From positions 124,001-188,000 of the forward strand of contig NW_026943850.1 of assembly GCF_035594765.1 (NCBI RefSeq): a DNA stretch of 64,000 bases, in the 5' to 3' direction. The position numbers and the translations under genes are program-made. This DNA comes from Anolis carolinensis. Lineage: Eukaryota. Below the pieces are notes generated by a model, which ran no database searches, was not told the DNA's origin, and saw nothing but the letters and a program-made list of their open reading frames with translations. Below, one piece after another: positions 60,601-64,000 of this stretch; positions within the stretch are counted from its first letter, which is position 1; every line of letters begins with the position of its first letter.

Positions 60601-61834
60601 TCAGGCGCCACAGGTGTATAAGAGTAAGAACTATAAGTAAATAAATAAATAGCTCAAACTTAACTAATTTACGACGCCATATCTTTCTGGCTTTCCGGCA
60701 TTGGTTTTACCTTTCTCAGGCGCCACAGGTTTATAAGAGTAAGAACTATAAGTAAATAAATAAATAGCTCAAACTTAACTAATTTACGACGCCATATCTT
60801 TCTGGCTTTCCGGCATTGGTTTTACCTTTCTCAGGCGCCACAGGTTTATAAGAGTAAGAACTATAAGTAAATAAATAAATAGCTCAAACTTAACTAATGT
60901 ACGACGCCATATCTTTCTGCCTTTTCGTCATTGGTTTTACCTTTCTCAGGCGCCACAGGTTTATAAGAGTAAGAACTATAAGTAAATAAATAAATAGCCC
61001 AAACTTAACTAACTTACGACGCCATATCTTTCTGCCTTTCCGGCATTGGTTTTACCTTTCTCAGGCGCCACAGGTTTATAAGAGTAAGAACTATAAGTAA
61101 ATAAATAAATAGCCCAAACTTAACTAATTTACGACGCCATATCTTTCTGGCTTTCCGTCATTGGTTTTACCTTTCTCAGGCGCCACAGGTGTATAAGAGT
61201 AAGAACTATAAGTAAATAAATAAATAGCTCAAACTTAACTAATTTACGACGCCATATCTTTCTGGCTTTCCGGCATTGGTTTTACCTTTCTCAGGCGCCA
61301 CAGGTTTATAAGAGTAAGAACTATAAGTAAATAAATAAATAGCTCAAACTTAACTAATTTACGACGCCATATCTTTCTGGCTTTCCGGCATTGGTTTTAC
61401 CTTTCTCAGGCGCCACAGGTTTATAAGAGTAAGAACTATAAGTAAATAAATAAATAGCTCAAACTTAACTAATGTACGACGCCATATCTTTCTGCCTTTT
61501 CGTCATTGGTTTTACCTTTCTCAGGCGCCACAGGTTTATAAGAGTAAGAACTATAAGTAAATAAATAAATAGCTCAAACAGGAAACACTCCCTCAACTGT
61601 TGGCTTCAAAGAGCAGGGAACGTGCATGGACAGTCCGGTAGCATTGTGTTTTGACCCACCCGGGTATCTTTTAATGTGCTTCCTCTTCCTCCCGCCCTTC
61701 TTCCAGCCTGCTCGAACCAGCAGATCCGGCAGACCTGCGTCCGGAAGAGCCTCATCTGCGCCTTCGCCATTGCGTTCATCATCAGCGTCATGCTCATCGC
61801 CGCCAACCAGGTGCTGCGGAGCGGGATGAAGTAG
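54659..61834 (+). CDS. CABP7: Calcium-binding protein 7 (calneuron II, 220 aa)
   Basis: Exons 54659-54782, 57611-57754, 58859-58971, 59585-59738, 61707-61834 (663 nt). [16 protein letters not shown] start; EF hands [12 protein letters not shown] and [12 protein letters not shown]; C-terminal [30 protein letters not shown]. Confidence 0.97.
54810..55830. repeat. 76-bp tandem repeat with degenerate (CCAT)n-rich continuation, CABP7 intron 1
   Basis: Period 76 (54846, 54922, 54998). Confidence 0.9.
56500..57365. repeat. Compound tandem repeat, CABP7 intron 1
   Basis: Recurring ggaagtcccatc...ggagggccatgg...gacccaaaccatgac...tctcttgaaggca modules. Confidence 0.88.
57795..58712. repeat. 43-bp minisatellite (~21 copies), CABP7 intron 2
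   Basis: Unit cagactccattttacacggtcagatctgggactattaagagct. Confidence 0.95.
60040..61579. repeat. 115-bp minisatellite (~13 copies), CABP7 intron 4; same family as the 83-bp array at 30165-34066
   Basis: Period 115 (60120 vs 60235); unit is the 83-bp unit plus 32 bp. Confidence 0.97.
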
Positions 61835-64000
61835 GAGCCGCAGCCGGCGGGACAGGGACGGCGTTCCTCGCGACCAGACCTGTCGACAACGACAACGGCC
61901 GGACCGCGGCGGGAGGGAAAACCGGGCGCTCGGCCGCCGTCTTCTCGGACAGACAGACAGACACTCATCTCGCCCTCGCTATCTCGGCTTCTCTGCAGAT
62001 AGCATGGCCTCCTCGGGGCGGATCTCCGGGCCGCCCGCATGGTGGAAGTGCTACCCTTTCGACGCATGTCCGACGTGCATGGAGACTCCCCCCTCCCCCT
62101 CCCTCCCTCCCGCCGACCCCCGACCCCCGACCCCTCCCCCCTCCCCCTCCCCCCCTCCCCCCTCCCCCCCCTGCACCCGACCCGGAGTGATGATGCAATA
62201 CTGTGCGCTTTTATAACCAGATATTTAGAGGTATATACATAAGATATTATATATATATAATGCATAGAGATATATATAGATATATACATATATTTATGAT
62301 AATAACAATAACCCGTTAAGCAATACACGACACACCTATCAGGATTTTCTATCCAAGGTCCGGGCATTTGCATGACCATCCACACCACAAGGGCTGGGCA
62401 CCGGGCACTTTGCTGTACGTGGACGACCTCCGCTCGCGCCGCCCCGACCCCCAGGCAGGTCCGCTCCCGCATCTATGCACTTCCTCCTCCTCCTCCCGCA
62501 ATCCGGGCCTGCTTGGGGCGCATCCGGGCCGGCCGGCCGCACGTCGCCAGCAGCAAATATTGTTACGGATGGTGCAGGGGAAATGCGTGTTGTTACGGTT
62601 CGTGTCGCGGTCGTGGTCTCGTTCGGAGGGAAGACCCCTTGTGGTCCGGACAGTATGTTGCAATTGTATTGGGGATGAAACGCTCCGGGATTCCCGTAAA
62701 CAGACGACCCGTCATGGTCCGGACAGCATGTTGCCGTTGTGTCTGGGATGAAATGTTCCGGGTTTCCACACCTGTAACCGATTGGACGACCCGTTGTGGT
62801 CCGGACAGCATGTCACCACTGTATCTGTTCCAGGATTCCCGTAAACAAACAACCTGTCATGGTCCGGACAGCATGTCGCCGTTGTATCTGTGCTGGAACG
62901 TTCTGGGTTTCCGCACCTGTAGATGGTGGGACGACCCGTTGCGGTCCTGACAACATGCTGCCCTGTCGTCACTGTACTCGGAAGTCTTCGTTCTGGGTTT
63001 CGAGCTCGCGTCTGCTTCATGCAGATTCAGGATCGTTCAGATGGAAGGACTGGATGACCCATCATGGTCCGGACAGCATGTCGCCGTTGTGTTTGGGCTG
63101 AAATGTTCCGGGTTTCACACCCGTAGATGATTGAATGACCCGTCGTGGTCCAGACAGCACGTCGTCATTGTGTCTGGGCAACCTGTTGTCATTGTACTTG
63201 GAACTCCTTGTTATAGGTCTCAAGCTTGACTCCGCTTCGTGTGGACTTGGGGTCGTTCAGATGGAAGGAGGGGAAACAACGTCGTCGTGATCCGGAAAAC
63301 AACGCTGCCATGACCCAGACATCACACCGCCATGTCACTGTTGCATGCGGAGTTCAAACTCGAGCCGCTTTTGAGCGTCGTTCCGAAGATCCAAAAACCA
63401 TGTCGTTGCGCAGCACGCCGTTTCATCGCCGTTGCACGTTGAAGCCCTATCGGGGAGGGAGAAACGCTTTCCCAGGACGAGTCTGGAACAGGCCTGGGTT
63501 CGTCCAGAAGACCCAGAGTCACGTCGTGGTGGTCTGTCGAGATGGTGCGCCGTCACCTCACCATCGCACACGGAAGTCCTACCCGGGTTGAAGAACGTTC
63601 CTTGGATTCGTTCAGAAGATCCAGAGTCACGTTGTGGTGGTCCACACGGAAACCCTACCCAGAATAGAGAACATTCCTTGGGTTCATTGAGAAGACCCAG
63701 AGTCACGTTGTTGTGGTCTGTCCAGATGGTGCGCCATTGCACGTGGAAGTCCTACCTGGGTTGAAGAATGTCCCCTGGGCTCATTGAGAAGATCCAGAGT
63801 CACGTCGTTGTTGTCCACCCGGAGGTCCTACCCGGTTGGAGAATGTTCCTTGAATTCATTGAGAAGATCCAGAGCCGCGCTGAGTTCAAACTCCAGACTG
63901 TCCACTCTGGCTCCGCGCTGGTTCGTGGTGGCCCGAAACCACGTTCGTATCCCGGCGGACCACCTCTCGCAGCCTCCCCATGGCGTGTGTCGAGCCCGTC

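Overview
Vertebrate genomic DNA, most likely a lizard (squamate; the repeat content suggests Anolis). Very GC-rich exons sit among extremely AT-rich, minisatellite-filled introns. Six spliced genes could be reconstructed by hand from GT-AG junctions: PIK3IP1 (+, 4 exons, apparently lacking the kringle domain), RNF185 (-), C12orf43/CUSTOS (+), HNF1A (-, 10 exons), a divergent LIF/OSM-family cytokine (+) and CABP7 (+). This gene set is homologous to chicken chr15, the linkage group corresponding to the anole X (established knowledge; not provable from this window). Also present: a solitary 5S rRNA copy, about ten non-autonomous Helitrons, a Tc1/mariner-type MITE, an R4/Dong-type retrotransposon in a (TAA)n tract, a Penelope fragment with a minimal hammerhead ribozyme, and many tandem arrays. 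Most notable: (1) in-frame loss of the PIK3IP1 kringle exons; (2) tandem arrays carrying splice acceptors and stop codons in the last intron of two genes (RNF185, CABP7), just before the exon encoding the membrane anchor, with the CABP7 repeat also amplified about 46 times at the HNF1A promoter; (3) convergent stop codons of HNF1A and C12orf43 only 37 bp apart; (4) no LIMK2 between PIK3IP1 and RNF185; (5) apparent precise intron loss in RNF185. Most long ORFs in the six-frame track are repeat artefacts.
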